In this document: one piece after another, positions 37,626 through 47,335 of the stretch | How positions within the stretch are numbered: the stretch's first letter is position 1 | Layout: each line of letters starts with the position of its first letter | Source: Myxococcota bacterium | GTDB lineage: Bacteria; Myxococcota; JACRCW01 | Reading direction: 5' to 3' | DNA: 64,000 nt | Assembly: GCA_040752415.1 (NCBI GenBank) | Contig: JBFMGU010000006.1 | Coordinates: forward strand, 1 to 64,000 | The notes under the pieces: generated by a model | The model's input: only the letters and a program-made list of their open reading frames with translations | Database searches by the model: none | What the model was told of the DNA's origin: nothing | Translations under genes and position numbers: made by a program

Positions 37626-38573
37626 CTACGCCGCGTCGACGTCCCAACTGCGCCGTTGCGGAAGCGGCTCCGCGGGCTCCCCGCCCGGTTCCGCTCGCGC
37701 TGACGCCGGTTGCCGCGGCCCCGCGCGCGCCAACCACCACCGGCGAACATCCCGGACCAGGCGCGGCGCGAAATGTCGATGCGGATCGTTCGCGCGGAAG
37801 GACAGCAGCGTGTGCACGCCCTCCTCCACGGCGCGCTTCACGCGGTTGCGCAGCTCACAACACGCCGCGCCGTCGTGGCTCCGGCCCGCGAACTCCCTGG
37901 TGGTGATGGGCTCGCCAAACCGGAAGTACAGACGCTCCGGCCGGGGCACCGGCGTTGGCCCCACGCCCCGCACCAACGGGAGCAACACCTCACGTCGCAC
38001 GCCGCTCATGGCCAGCAGGGGCCCCAGCGGGGAGTTGAACATGTCGTCGGCGTCGTAGAGGACGGTCAGCGCGTCGTCGATGCCCACCGCGGAGAACGGG
38101 ATGATGGTGCAACGGTGCCGGATGGCCAGGCGCGCGAAACCGGTGCGGTCCTTCCAGAACAGCGCGTAGCGCTCACCCTTGCGCTTGGCCACCTCGCGGC
38201 CGCCGCCGGGGAACACCAGGATGCACTCGCCCTGCTGCATCAGCTGCGCGCAGTTCTGCCGGGTCCCGTCGACCACGCCGTAGAGCGACATCATCTCGCG
38301 CCACAGCGGGAGCTGGAAATGCACGTGGTCGCCGAGGGAGCGCAGGAAGATGCCCTGTCTCCAGTACAGCTCCGCGATCATCAGCGGGATGTCCCACAGC
38401 CCATAGAGCGTGTGGTTTCCCACGAAGAGCAGCGGCCGCTCCGACGGGACGTTCTCCAGCCCCAGGAACACCGGGTCCAGCAGCCGACGCCACGGCTCGA
38501 GCATGCGGAAACCCCGCTCCACCCACGGCCGCGGGTCTCCACCCAGAAGCTTGGGAAGCACAGGTGACCTCAT
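37626..38573 (-). CDS. Lysophospholipid/diacylglycerol acyltransferase family protein
   Basis: GLENVP..RPLLFVGNH...D, VFPGGGRE, RTGFARLA, FGEPI. Confidence 0.9.
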   Translation of the reverse strand: MRSPVLPKLLGGDPRPWVERGFRMLEPWRRLLDPVFLGLENVPSERPLLFVGNHTLYGLWDIPLMIAELYWRQGIFLRSLGDHVHFQLPLWREMMSLYGVVDGTRQNCAQLMQQGECILVFPGGGREVAKRKGERYALFWKDRTGFARLAIRHRCTIIPFSAVGIDDALTVLYDADDMFNSPLGPLLAMSGVRREVLLPLVRGVGPTPVPRPERLYFRFGEPITTREFAGRSHDGAACCELRNRVKRAVEEGVHTLLSFRANDPHRHFAPRLVRDVRRWWLARAGPRQPASARAEPGGEPAEPLPQRRSWDVDAA

Positions 38574-38758
38574 CTGCCGCGCAGTGTGACGACGGACCGC
38601 CCGCTCCGCCACGGAAGCCCGACCGTTCACGCTTTCCGTGACGTCGTGAATTGCCGCCGCGCGGTGGAGCCCGCTGCGCCGAGTCCGCGCTCCTCCGGGA
38701 ACGCCAGCACACATCCTGCGGTTAGGCATGGTGCCAATCCCACGGAGAGTCGCCCCGA

Positions 38759-40006
38759 ATGATCGCTGTGAGCCGGAAGAAGAAGAGACCGGTCCGCCCG
38801 TCCATCGTCGTGGTGGGCGGGGCGGGAGCCATGGGACGCATCACGGTGCGCGACCTGGTGGAAACCCTGCCCCCGGACCTGGACGTGGTGGTGGCCGATC
38901 ACAACGCCGCCGCGGCACGCAAGCTGGCGACGAGCCACCGGCCCCAGCGGTCCGTCCGCGCCGCCGGTGTCGACGTGGAGGACCCGCGCTCCACCGCGCG
39001 CATGCTCTCCCGGGAGAACGCGCTGGCGGTCATTGGTGCCATTCCGCACCAGCTGAATCTCCCGTTGATGCAGGCGGCCCTCGACGCTGGCGTGCACTAC
39101 TGCGACCTGGGCGGCCTGTTCCATCACACGCGCCAGCAGCTCAAGCTCCACGCGCGCTTCGAGAAGAAGGGACTCCTGGCCCTGGTGGGAATGGGCGCGG
39201 CCCCCGGCGTGGTCAACGTGCTGGCGCGCTGGGCCGCCGACGAGATGGAGGAGGTGCACGAGATCCACGTTGCCGTGGGAACCGTGGACCGCAGCCCGGA
39301 ACGCAACACCGCGCCCCTGGCCGCCAGCTATTCCATCCAGACCATCCTCGACGAGGCCAACCTGCCCGCGGCGGTCTTCACCGGCGGCGACTGGGAGTTC
39401 ATCGAGCCGATGAGTGGCGAGGTGGAGGTGGACTTCGGGCCGCCGGTGGGGAAGCGACGACCGGCGTGCACGCTGCACTCCGAGGTGGCCACGCTGCCAC
39501 TGAGCTACCGGCACAAGGGCGTGCAGGAGGTGAGCTTCCGCATCGCGTTCCAGCCGGAGCTCGTCGAGAAACTGCGCTTCCTGCGCGCGCTGGGCATCTC
39601 CTCCAGCGTGCCCATCACGGTGGGACGCGGTCGGAAGGCCCGGAAGGTGGTTCCGCGTGACGTGCTGGAGACGCTGCTGGCCCGCGTTCGTCCCGCGCGC
39701 ACCACCGGTGTTCCCGACGAGTACGAGGTGCTGCGCGCGGTGGTGCGCGGCATGCGCGCGGGTCGCGCGGCGGAGGACGTGCTGGAGTGCCACTGCCCGG
39801 GCATCCCGGAGTGGGGCTTTGGTGTCGACGTGGACACCGGGTGCCCGCCCTCCATTGCCATGCAGCTGCTGCTCAAGGGCGTCATCACCGCGCGCGGTGT
39901 CCTGCCGCCGGAGCAGGCCGTGCCGTGTGACGCGTTCTTCCGGGAGTTGGGGAAGCGCGGCATGCGCGTCCAACGGATCCAACGTGCTGCCATCGCGGCG
40001 GCTTGA
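38759..40006 (+). CDS. Saccharopine dehydrogenase family (carboxyspermidine/lysine dehydrogenase-like) NAD(P)-dependent oxidoreductase
   Basis: VVGGAGAMG Rossmann motif, GVHYCDLGG, GMGAAPGVVN, HSEVATLP. Confidence 0.88.
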   Translation: MIAVSRKKKRPVRPSIVVVGGAGAMGRITVRDLVETLPPDLDVVVADHNAAAARKLATSHRPQRSVRAAGVDVEDPRSTARMLSRENALAVIGAIPHQLNLPLMQAALDAGVHYCDLGGLFHHTRQQLKLHARFEKKGLLALVGMGAAPGVVNVLARWAADEMEEVHEIHVAVGTVDRSPERNTAPLAASYSIQTILDEANLPAAVFTGGDWEFIEPMSGEVEVDFGPPVGKRRPACTLHSEVATLPLSYRHKGVQEVSFRIAFQPELVEKLRFLRALGISSSVPITVGRGRKARKVVPRDVLETLLARVRPARTTGVPDEYEVLRAVVRGMRAGRAAEDVLECHCPGIPEWGFGVDVDTGCPPSIAMQLLLKGVITARGVLPPEQAVPCDAFFRELGKRGMRVQRIQRAAIAAA

Positions 40007-40016
40007 GGGAGGATGC

Positions 40017-41483
40017 ATGTCCCAGAGACACAAGATGTGGATTGGCGGGGAATGGGTGGACGCACGCAACGGTGCCACGCGCGACGTCATCAATCCCGCC
40101 GACGGCAGCGTGCTGGCGCGGGTTCCCGAAGCGGGGACCGAAGAAGTGGCGCGCGCGGTCCAGGCGGCGCGTGAGGCGTTTGATCACGGTCCGTGGGGCA
40201 AGAGCATGCACCGTGACCGCGGACAGATCCTCTTCAAGGTGGCCGAGGGCATCCGCGCCCGCGCGCGCGAGCTGGCGGAGCTGGATACGCGCAACATGGG
40301 CAAGCCCGTCGTGGAGGCGGAGTTCGACGTTACCGACGCGGCCCACTGCTTCGAGTACTACGCGGGCATGGCGAGCAAGATCCACGGCATGACGCTGCCC
40401 GTGCCGGACAACGCGCTCTCCCTCACCGTGCGCGAGCCGGTGGGCGTGGTGGGGCAGATCATTCCGTGGAACTACCCGCTGCTCATGGCGGCGTGGAAGC
40501 TGGCACCCGCGTTGGCGGCGGGCTGCACCGCGGTGCTCAAACCGGCCGAGCAGTCACCGTTGTCGGCGCTGGTCCTGGCGGAGATCCTCGACGAGGCGGG
40601 AGTTCCGCCCGGCGTGGTGAACGTGGTCACCGGGGACGGACCGGTGGCGGGCGCCGCGCTGGTGGCGGACCCGCGCGTGGACAAGATCGCGTTCACCGGC
40701 GGCGTCGAGGCGGGACGCACCGTGGTGAAGCGCGCGGCGGACACCATGAAGCGCACCACCATGGAGCTCGGCGGGAAGAACCCGAACATCGTGTTTGCCG
40801 ACGCGGACCACGTGGCGGCGGTGGATGGTGCGCTGTTCGGCGCGTTCGCGAACCAGGGCGAGGTGTGCTCGGCGGGGTCGCGGCTGCTCGTCGAGAGGAC
40901 GATCTATCCGCAGATGGTGCACGCGCTGCGCGAGAAGGTGAAGGCCGTGCGCCTAGGCAACCCGCTGGACCGCGAGACGAAGATGGGACCGCTGGTGACG
41001 TCGGAACACCGGGACCGCGTGCTGCGCTACATCGAGATTGGCAAGAAGGAGGGCAAGCTCTTGTGCGGGGGAAGCGCGGCCATGAGCGCGGAGCTGCGCC
41101 ACGGGTTCTACGTGGAGCCCACCATCTTCGTCGACGTGGAGCCCAGGGCGCGGATTGCGCAGGAGGAGATCTTCGGGCCGGTGCTGGCGGTGATTCCGTT
41201 CGACACCGAGGACGACGCGGTGCGGATTGCCAATGACACGCCGTACGGTCTGGCCGGCGCGGTGTGGACGCGCGACGTGTTCAAGGGACTGCGCGTGCTG
41301 CGGCAGATTCGCGCGGGGATCCTGTGGCTCAACACGTACCACCCCACGTACAACGAGGCGCCCTGGGGCGGTTACAAGCAGTCGGGTTTCGGGCGTGAGC
41401 TCGGGGTGTGGGGCATCGAGAACTACCTCGAGACCAAGCAGATCAACGTGAATCTCAACGAGGCGCCCATCGGCTGGTATTGA
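40017..41483 (+). CDS. Aldehyde dehydrogenase (betaine-/aminoaldehyde dehydrogenase-like)
   Basis: GGGAGG RBS; IPWNYP, LKPAE, FTGG, MELGGKNP, NQGEVCSAG, EEIFGPV, PWGGYKQSGFGRE. Confidence 0.95.
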   Translation: MSQRHKMWIGGEWVDARNGATRDVINPADGSVLARVPEAGTEEVARAVQAAREAFDHGPWGKSMHRDRGQILFKVAEGIRARARELAELDTRNMGKPVVEAEFDVTDAAHCFEYYAGMASKIHGMTLPVPDNALSLTVREPVGVVGQIIPWNYPLLMAAWKLAPALAAGCTAVLKPAEQSPLSALVLAEILDEAGVPPGVVNVVTGDGPVAGAALVADPRVDKIAFTGGVEAGRTVVKRAADTMKRTTMELGGKNPNIVFADADHVAAVDGALFGAFANQGEVCSAGSRLLVERTIYPQMVHALREKVKAVRLGNPLDRETKMGPLVTSEHRDRVLRYIEIGKKEGKLLCGGSAAMSAELRHGFYVEPTIFVDVEPRARIAQEEIFGPVLAVIPFDTEDDAVRIANDTPYGLAGAVWTRDVFKGLRVLRQIRAGILWLNTYHPTYNEAPWGGYKQSGFGRELGVWGIENYLETKQINVNLNEAPIGWY

Positions 41484-41499
41484 GGCGTGGGTGGCGGGT

Positions 41500-41795
41500 T
41501 GGGGTTGGTGGCACGTTGGCCCCCCACCCGGCCGCCAGCCGATCACTGAGTTCACGACGTGGCGGCCGACCTCCCCCACGGTGTGGGGAGGCGTAGATGT
41601 GCCGCCTCGCTGGAACGGTGCGCGCATTGGGCGGCACGGGCTCAATGAGGCCTTGTGCCGCGCTTGGCTCAATGAACAACCCCGACGCGGCACATCTACG
41701 CCTCCCCACACCGTGGGGGAGGTCGGCCGCCTCGTCGTGAACTCGGTGAAATCGGTTGGCGGCCGGGTGGGGGGGCCAACTCGCCACCAACCCCA
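41500..41795. repeat. Intergenic inverted repeat, ~110-bp arms (41500-41609 / 41683-41795), each with an internal CTCCCC(C)AC..GTGGGGAG hairpin
   Basis: Lies between convergent stop codons; the spacer has its own hairpin and the direct repeat GGCTCAATGA twice. Confidence 0.92.
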
Positions 41796-41800
41796 CCGGG

Positions 41801-43312
41801 TCACGGCCGGGTCGCGGTGACCTCGCGCTTCCGCGTCGACAACTCCCGCGCAATCGTATCCGCCGCGGCCATGGCGCTGCGCGCCGCACCGTCGGAGTGA
41901 CCACTCCAGGTGTAATCCCCGACGAGCCACGTCCCCAGCTCGGGCTCCCGCAACCGCTGGTGCTTCTCGTCCATCGGCGACCGACCCGGCGGCCACACCG
42001 CAATGGAACCCGGGTGATACGTGTACGCCGTCGTCGTCACCACGTGGCGCGAAAACCCCGGCCACAGCCGGTCCATGGCCGCAAGCATCTCCTTCACCTT
42101 GTGGTCGCGCGGCGCCATGTGGAACGCGCTGGCATTCACTCCGTGCACCAGGAAGGAGAACACCTCGTTCGCCTCGTCCTCCGGACTCTCGCTCTGCGCG
42201 CCGTAGATGACGCCCAGCACGCCGTCGGTCAGGTAGGGGAACGGGTCCTGCCCATCCACGTACGTAAGCTTGCGGTGCTCCTTGCTCACCACCATGTGCA
42301 CCACGGTGTACTGCCCGCGCATCAACGTGCTCACCGCCTCCCATTTCGCCGACGACAGCGAAGGCTCGAAGTGGATCTGGTGCAACCGCCAGAACGGCAC
42401 CGCCACCACCACGCGCTCCGCCGCCACCACGTGCTGCGTTTCCTCAACGCCCTGCCGCAGGAACGTGACCCGCGCCCTGTCCCCTTCGCGGTCAATGCGA
42501 CTCACCAGCGCGGAGGTCAGCGCGTTCGGGCCCGCTTCCTTCGCCAGCGCCTCGATGAGCCGGGAGTTCCCGCCCTTCACCTTGTAGTTGGGCTCGCCCT
42601 CCCCGAGGAACACGCCAAACTCCAGCAGCCCCACGAGCCCCGAGAAGAGCTCCCAGCTCGTCGCCAGCTCGCACTCGACGGTGAGGCGGATCCAATCCTC
42701 CACGCGCTTGCCCATCTTGAAGCCGCGCACCCACGTCGCAAAGGAGACGTCCTGCAGCGCCCGGACCTCCGACGCCGCGAGCCCCCGGGAGAGCGCCACG
42801 CCGCGCAGGGCCCGCGCATCCTCCATCCACCACCGGAGCACGCGCGCGTTCTTCACGCCCAGCAAGCTGTGGAAATACTCCTCGGTGGTGTCCTGCACGT
42901 ACGGATACAGCTTCCCGTCCAAGACCATGCTGGAGAACGGCGCTTCCACGTCGCCATCCAGCTCCACGCCCAGGTCGCGAATCACCTCGAGCAGCGGGTT
43001 GTCACCCCAGATCTCCTGCAGTCCGTATTCCGCACGGAGACCGTGACCGTAGTGGGCGGTCTGGACCCGCCCGCCAAACTGCTCGCTGGCCTCCAGCAAC
43101 AGGAACGAGACGCCGCGCTTTTTCAGCTCATGCGCCGTCACCAGGCCCGCCAGGCCGCCGCCCACGATGACCACGGGAGCTTCCGTCGGCACCGGGCCCG
43201 CGTGCGCGTCAGGCGCGGACTGCGCGTGCGCCTCCGGCTTCCGGCACGACGTGACGGCGAGCAGGATGAACAACACGAATGGGAGGGTGGGACGCGCGGT
43301 GATGGGACCCAT
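41801..43312 (-). CDS. Flavin monoamine oxidase family lipoprotein
   Basis: LAVTSC lipobox; IVGGGLAGL..A..L...LLEAS..FGGRVQT; C-terminal GDY...HSDGAARSA. Confidence 0.88.
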   Translation of the reverse strand: MGPITARPTLPFVLFILLAVTSCRKPEAHAQSAPDAHAGPVPTEAPVVIVGGGLAGLVTAHELKKRGVSFLLLEASEQFGGRVQTAHYGHGLRAEYGLQEIWGDNPLLEVIRDLGVELDGDVEAPFSSMVLDGKLYPYVQDTTEEYFHSLLGVKNARVLRWWMEDARALRGVALSRGLAASEVRALQDVSFATWVRGFKMGKRVEDWIRLTVECELATSWELFSGLVGLLEFGVFLGEGEPNYKVKGGNSRLIEALAKEAGPNALTSALVSRIDREGDRARVTFLRQGVEETQHVVAAERVVVAVPFWRLHQIHFEPSLSSAKWEAVSTLMRGQYTVVHMVVSKEHRKLTYVDGQDPFPYLTDGVLGVIYGAQSESPEDEANEVFSFLVHGVNASAFHMAPRDHKVKEMLAAMDRLWPGFSRHVVTTTAYTYHPGSIAVWPPGRSPMDEKHQRLREPELGTWLVGDYTWSGHSDGAARSAMAAADTIARELSTRKREVTATRP

Positions 43313-43348
43313 CGTCGTCGTTAAACCAACGCCAACGGAGCTTTCTTC

Positions 43349-43519
43349 ATGATCGACGACGCACTGGCCCTCGCGCGCAACGAGGAGCTGCGGCACCGCA
43401 TTGCCCGGATCTCGAGCTATCCCGACACCACCTTCGGCACCATGACGCGCGCGGAGATGGCGTGGATGTCGGTGGTGTTCATCATCCTTCCCGCGCTGCT
43501 GGTGTGGAGCTTCCAATGA
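43349..43519 (+). CDS. Small membrane protein (56 aa) coupled to the permease; below the ORF-track cutoff
   Basis: GGAG RBS; MIDDALALARNEELRHRIARISSYPDTTFGTMTRAEMAWMSVVFIILPALLVWSFQ*; its stop overlaps the permease start (ATGA). Confidence 0.75.
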   Translation: MIDDALALARNEELRHRIARISSYPDTTFGTMTRAEMAWMSVVFIILPALLVWSFQ

Positions 43520-45000
43520 CCACCGCCACCGCGCCCACGCCGCCTCCGTCGCCACCCACGCGTGCACCGGCGCTTGAAGCGCAGCTGCGCGAGGAAGCGG
43601 TGTTCGGTCGACTGCCGCTGCTGCGTGAGGAACGCGAGTATTCCACGCGCGGCATCCTGGCCACCGGTTTCTCCTACGCGGTGGCGGCGTGGTGTTTCCT
43701 CATCGGCGGATTCGCGGCCACCTACGTCGACGCCATCCAGGGCATGGTCACCTTGATTGCCGGCTCGGTGATTGGTGTGGCGCTCTCGTCGGCGGCGGCG
43801 GCCATGGCATGCAACCGCTACGGGCTCGAGCAGATCGACTACACCAAGACCGCGTTCGGCCAACACGGCGCCAAGCTGGTGCTGATCTTCTACGTCGTCA
43901 ACCAGGTGGGCTGGACGGGAATGATCCTGGTGATGTTCGGCCGCGGTGTCATGAACGTGGCGCAAGCTTTCGGCTTCCAGGGCGGTGAGAGCCTGGTGCG
44001 CGTGGCGGTGGTGCTCGGCCTGCTCGCGGCGTACGTCGTGGTGGTGCGCGGCGTGCACGTGCTCAACGTGTTCAACGCGGTGATCACGCCGGGCCTGCTG
44101 CTGGCCACCGCGTTCCTCTTCTACGCCATCTGCCGCGACGGCGGCTGGCAGACCGTCCTCGACGCCACGCCCATCCAGCCCACCGGCGAGCGCGCGCTGG
44201 ACAACATCATCGCCTTCGAGCTGGGGCTGGGCGCGGGATTCTCGTGGTGGCCGGGCATCGGCTTCTTGGCGCGCAACACCGACACACAACGCAACAGCGT
44301 CTACCCGCAGATCCTGACCATGGGGCTGGGCATGGGTGTGGTGTGTTGCACGGGGCTGTTCGCGGGACTCGCCTTCCAGGCCAGCGACCCGACGGAGTGG
44401 CTCATCCAGGCGGGTGGTCGCGGCATGGGCACCGCGGTGCTGGTCCTCCTGGGCGTGGCCAATCTCTCCGCCAGCGCCATCATGATGTACACCGCCGCGC
44501 TCGGCCTTAGACACGTGCGCGTGCTGCGCGCCCTGCCCTGGAAGCTCCTCGTCGCGCTGGCCTTCCTCCCCGTGCTGGCCTACGCCGTGGCGCCGGAGCT
44601 GCTCTACGAGAAGGGCAACGCCTTCCTCACCTACAACGCCACGATGTTCGCCCCCATCTCGGGCATCCTGCTCGTGGACTACTTCCCGCTCCGTCGGGAG
44701 CGCATCAACGTTTCCCAGGTCTTCGAGGATCATCCCTCGGGTCACTACTGGTTCACGCGCGGCTTCAACGTCGTGGCGCTGGTGGCCATGCTGGTGGGCC
44801 AGGTCCTCTACGTGTGGCTGCTCAACCCGGTGAGCCTGGAGACCCACGGCCCGGTGCGCAGCACCACCGCGTCGGCGCCGGCGTTCCTGGTGCCCACGCT
44901 GTTCTACGCCGTGGCGACCTGGGCCTGGGGCACCCGGCGCGGCCTGGGCGGCTACGGCGCTCCCACCGAGGCGCTCCCGCTCAAGCAGCCCAACCTCTGA
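43516..45000 (+). CDS. NCS1-family (purine-cytosine/allantoin permease-like) transporter
   Basis: About 12 hydrophobic segments; GRLPLL..ER, RYGLE..D..K.AFG..G, APISGILLVDYF..RR, GFN..AL. Confidence 0.88.
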   Translation: MTTATAPTPPPSPPTRAPALEAQLREEAVFGRLPLLREEREYSTRGILATGFSYAVAAWCFLIGGFAATYVDAIQGMVTLIAGSVIGVALSSAAAAMACNRYGLEQIDYTKTAFGQHGAKLVLIFYVVNQVGWTGMILVMFGRGVMNVAQAFGFQGGESLVRVAVVLGLLAAYVVVVRGVHVLNVFNAVITPGLLLATAFLFYAICRDGGWQTVLDATPIQPTGERALDNIIAFELGLGAGFSWWPGIGFLARNTDTQRNSVYPQILTMGLGMGVVCCTGLFAGLAFQASDPTEWLIQAGGRGMGTAVLVLLGVANLSASAIMMYTAALGLRHVRVLRALPWKLLVALAFLPVLAYAVAPELLYEKGNAFLTYNATMFAPISGILLVDYFPLRRERINVSQVFEDHPSGHYWFTRGFNVVALVAMLVGQVLYVWLLNPVSLETHGPVRSTTASAPAFLVPTLFYAVATWAWGTRRGLGGYGAPTEALPLKQPNL

Positions 45001-45202
45001 GGCTCCGGCGTCATCACGCGCTGCGTCATCCCCACCTCGTCGACGGGATGGGACAGGGGTGGGCGCAGGATTTGCCCGGGGTCACGCGGGGCTGTCCCTT
45101 CATCACGGGGTGAAGTAGGGGTGCCGCCCTCGTCCCAGCGCCGGTCCATGACAGAACCATGACCAACGGCGTGCTCCATTCGGGGCGACCTGGAGGAGCC
45201 TC

Positions 45203-46063
45203 GTGGCGCGTCTTTCGTCTTTTGTTCGCATGGTGATCGGGCTGGCCTACCTGGCCCTGCTGGTGGCCGCGTTCATGGCGGTGTGTGTGGTGCTGCTGCC
45301 CTCGCGAACGGCGCGCATCAAGGTCTGCAACCTGTTTGGGCACGTCACCGGGCGCATCCTGCTGTGGCTGTGCGGCGCGCGCGTGACCGAGAACGTGCCG
45401 GCACTGATGAAGGCGCACAAGCCAGCGCTGTACCTCTCCAACCACAGCTCCATCCTGGACATCTTCATCGCCATCTGGTCGTGCCCGGTGGGGACGTGCG
45501 GCGTGGCCAAGAAGGAGATCGTCAAGTACCCGTTCTTCGGCCAGCTCTACTGGATCAGCGGTCACCTGCGGCTGGACCGCAGCAATCACCAGAGCGCAGT
45601 GACGGCGTTGAATGAGACGGCGGAGATGGTGCGTCGCAACAAGCTGGGCGTGTGGATGTGGCCGGAGGGGACGCGCTCCAAGGATGGTCGCCTCTTGCCG
45701 CTCAAGCGCGGCTTTGCGCACCTGGCCATGGTGACGCGCCTGCCCATTGTGCCGGTGGTGGTGAAGGGCGCGCACAAGGGCTGGGAGAAGAACACGCTGC
45801 TCATCCAGCCCACCAACGTGGAGATCTCCGTGCTGGACCCCATCTCCACCGAGGACTGGACGGCCGAGAACCTCGACGAGAAGGTGGCCATGGTGCAGCG
45901 CATCTTCAACGACGCGATGCCCGAGGACCAGAAGATGATCCCCCTCAGCGACGAGAAGCAGGCGCGTCGGGCCAAGGCCATGGCGCGTCTCAGCCGGCTC
46001 TCCGCCGCCGCTTCCCAGCCGCCCGCGGCGTCGCCCGCCGAGCCCACCACCGTCACGGCCTGA
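45203..46063 (+). CDS. plsC: 1-acyl-sn-glycerol-3-phosphate acyltransferase
   Basis: GGAGGAG RBS; NHSSILD, AKKE, PEGTRS, LKRG, PIVPV. Confidence 0.9.
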   Translation: MARLSSFVRMVIGLAYLALLVAAFMAVCVVLLPSRTARIKVCNLFGHVTGRILLWLCGARVTENVPALMKAHKPALYLSNHSSILDIFIAIWSCPVGTCGVAKKEIVKYPFFGQLYWISGHLRLDRSNHQSAVTALNETAEMVRRNKLGVWMWPEGTRSKDGRLLPLKRGFAHLAMVTRLPIVPVVVKGAHKGWEKNTLLIQPTNVEISVLDPISTEDWTAENLDEKVAMVQRIFNDAMPEDQKMIPLSDEKQARRAKAMARLSRLSAAASQPPAASPAEPTTVTA

Positions 46064-46123
46064 GCATTCCTCTTTCGCCATTCCGCAACCATCACCGCGC
46101 ACCGGGGTGTGCAAGGTGGCGTC

Positions 46124-46921
46124 ATGCCTGACGTCGTGAACCGGGGGGTTCGCATCCATTACGACGTGCAGGGCACCGGTCCCACGGTGTTGCTGCTGGC
46201 CGGCCTGGGCTACGGCGGCTGGTACTGGCGTCACGTGCGCGCGCGTCTGTCGCCCCATTGCACCGTCGTCACGGTGGACAACCGCGGCTCCGACGGCTCC
46301 GACAAGCCCGCCGGTCCCTACACCACCGCGCTGCTGGCCGAGGACGCCGCGGCGGTGCTGGACGTGTTGGGCCGTCTCTCGACGACGGTGGTGGGGCACT
46401 CGCTGGGTGGGCTGATTGCGCAGGAGCTGGCGCTGGCGCGGCCGGACCTGGTGGGCAGGCTGGTGTTGATGTCGACGCATCACGGCGGGTGGCAGGCCAT
46501 TCCGGTCACGCCCGCGGCGTTGGCGGTGATGCTGGACCGCAGTGGGAGCGCGCAGGAGGTGTTCCAGCGCGGCATGGCGGTGGCCACCGCGCCGGGTTTC
46601 TCGACGTCACACCCGGAGCTGGTGGAGGAGCTGCGGGCCTACCGCGCCGGCGGGCCGGTCCCCGCGTCCGCGTACACCGCGCAGCTGATGGCGGGCGCTG
46701 GCCACGACGCCGCGAGCCGGCTCTCACGCATCAGCTGTGACGTGCTGGTCCTCGCCGGCGCGTTGGACCAGGTGGTGCCGGTGGGAAACGTGGAGCTGCT
46801 GCGCAAGCGGATGCCGCACGCGGTGACCCACGTCTTTCCGCGCGCAGGCCACCTGCTGGGCTGGGAGGAAATCGACGACGTCAGCGACCAGATCCTGCGC
46901 TGGGTCCGCGCGGCGTCGTGA
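46124..46921 (+). CDS. Alpha/beta hydrolase (enol-lactonase-like)
   Basis: DNRGSDGS, GHSLGG, GALDQVVP, AGH. Confidence 0.92.
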   Translation: MPDVVNRGVRIHYDVQGTGPTVLLLAGLGYGGWYWRHVRARLSPHCTVVTVDNRGSDGSDKPAGPYTTALLAEDAAAVLDVLGRLSTTVVGHSLGGLIAQELALARPDLVGRLVLMSTHHGGWQAIPVTPAALAVMLDRSGSAQEVFQRGMAVATAPGFSTSHPELVEELRAYRAGGPVPASAYTAQLMAGAGHDAASRLSRISCDVLVLAGALDQVVPVGNVELLRKRMPHAVTHVFPRAGHLLGWEEIDDVSDQILRWVRAAS

Positions 46922-47005
46922 GCGCGTGCATCACGGTGCCACGGACATGGTGCTCAGCGACGGTAGCTGATGGGCATTGGTTGTCGCTGCGCGCGTCCAT
47001 GGGCC

Positions 47006-47116
47006 GTGGCGCAGTCATTCTTGCCTGCGATTCCGCGTGCAAGGGCCATCACTTTCGCGGGTTGTCACCACGCGCGCACGCCCGGGATGGGAATCCGCAG
47101 GGGCAGGGTCCTCTGG
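47006..47116. repeat. REP-like 25-mer (47006-47030) plus a 50-bp orphan copy of the rhodanese 3' end (47067-47116)
   Basis: gtggcgcagtcattcttgcctgcga resembles 48716-48740; 47067-47116 matches 48853-48902 at 48/50 (encodes QRTLPLRIPIPGVRAW*). Confidence 0.88.
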
Positions 47117-47335
47117 GCGTTCACCGCGCCCGGGATGTGGAATTCGTAGGTAATGTAAAACAGGGGTGGACTCGGTCTCACCCAGGACGAGCGCGGATTG
47201 CCAGGACGTGTGCCGCAGCGAACGCGGACATGCAGCGCAAGTGTTGCGGGATCTTCGCTCCGGAGAACGCGCGTGACGACGGGTACAGCGTGGCACGTGC
47301 TCCACCGCGACGCCGGCGCACGCGTTGCTGCGCGG

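Noticed and set aside
45001..45202. 200-bp intergenic region as a riboswitch or sRNA
   Set aside because: No recognisable aptamer consensus or terminator by eye; an Rfam scan would be needed
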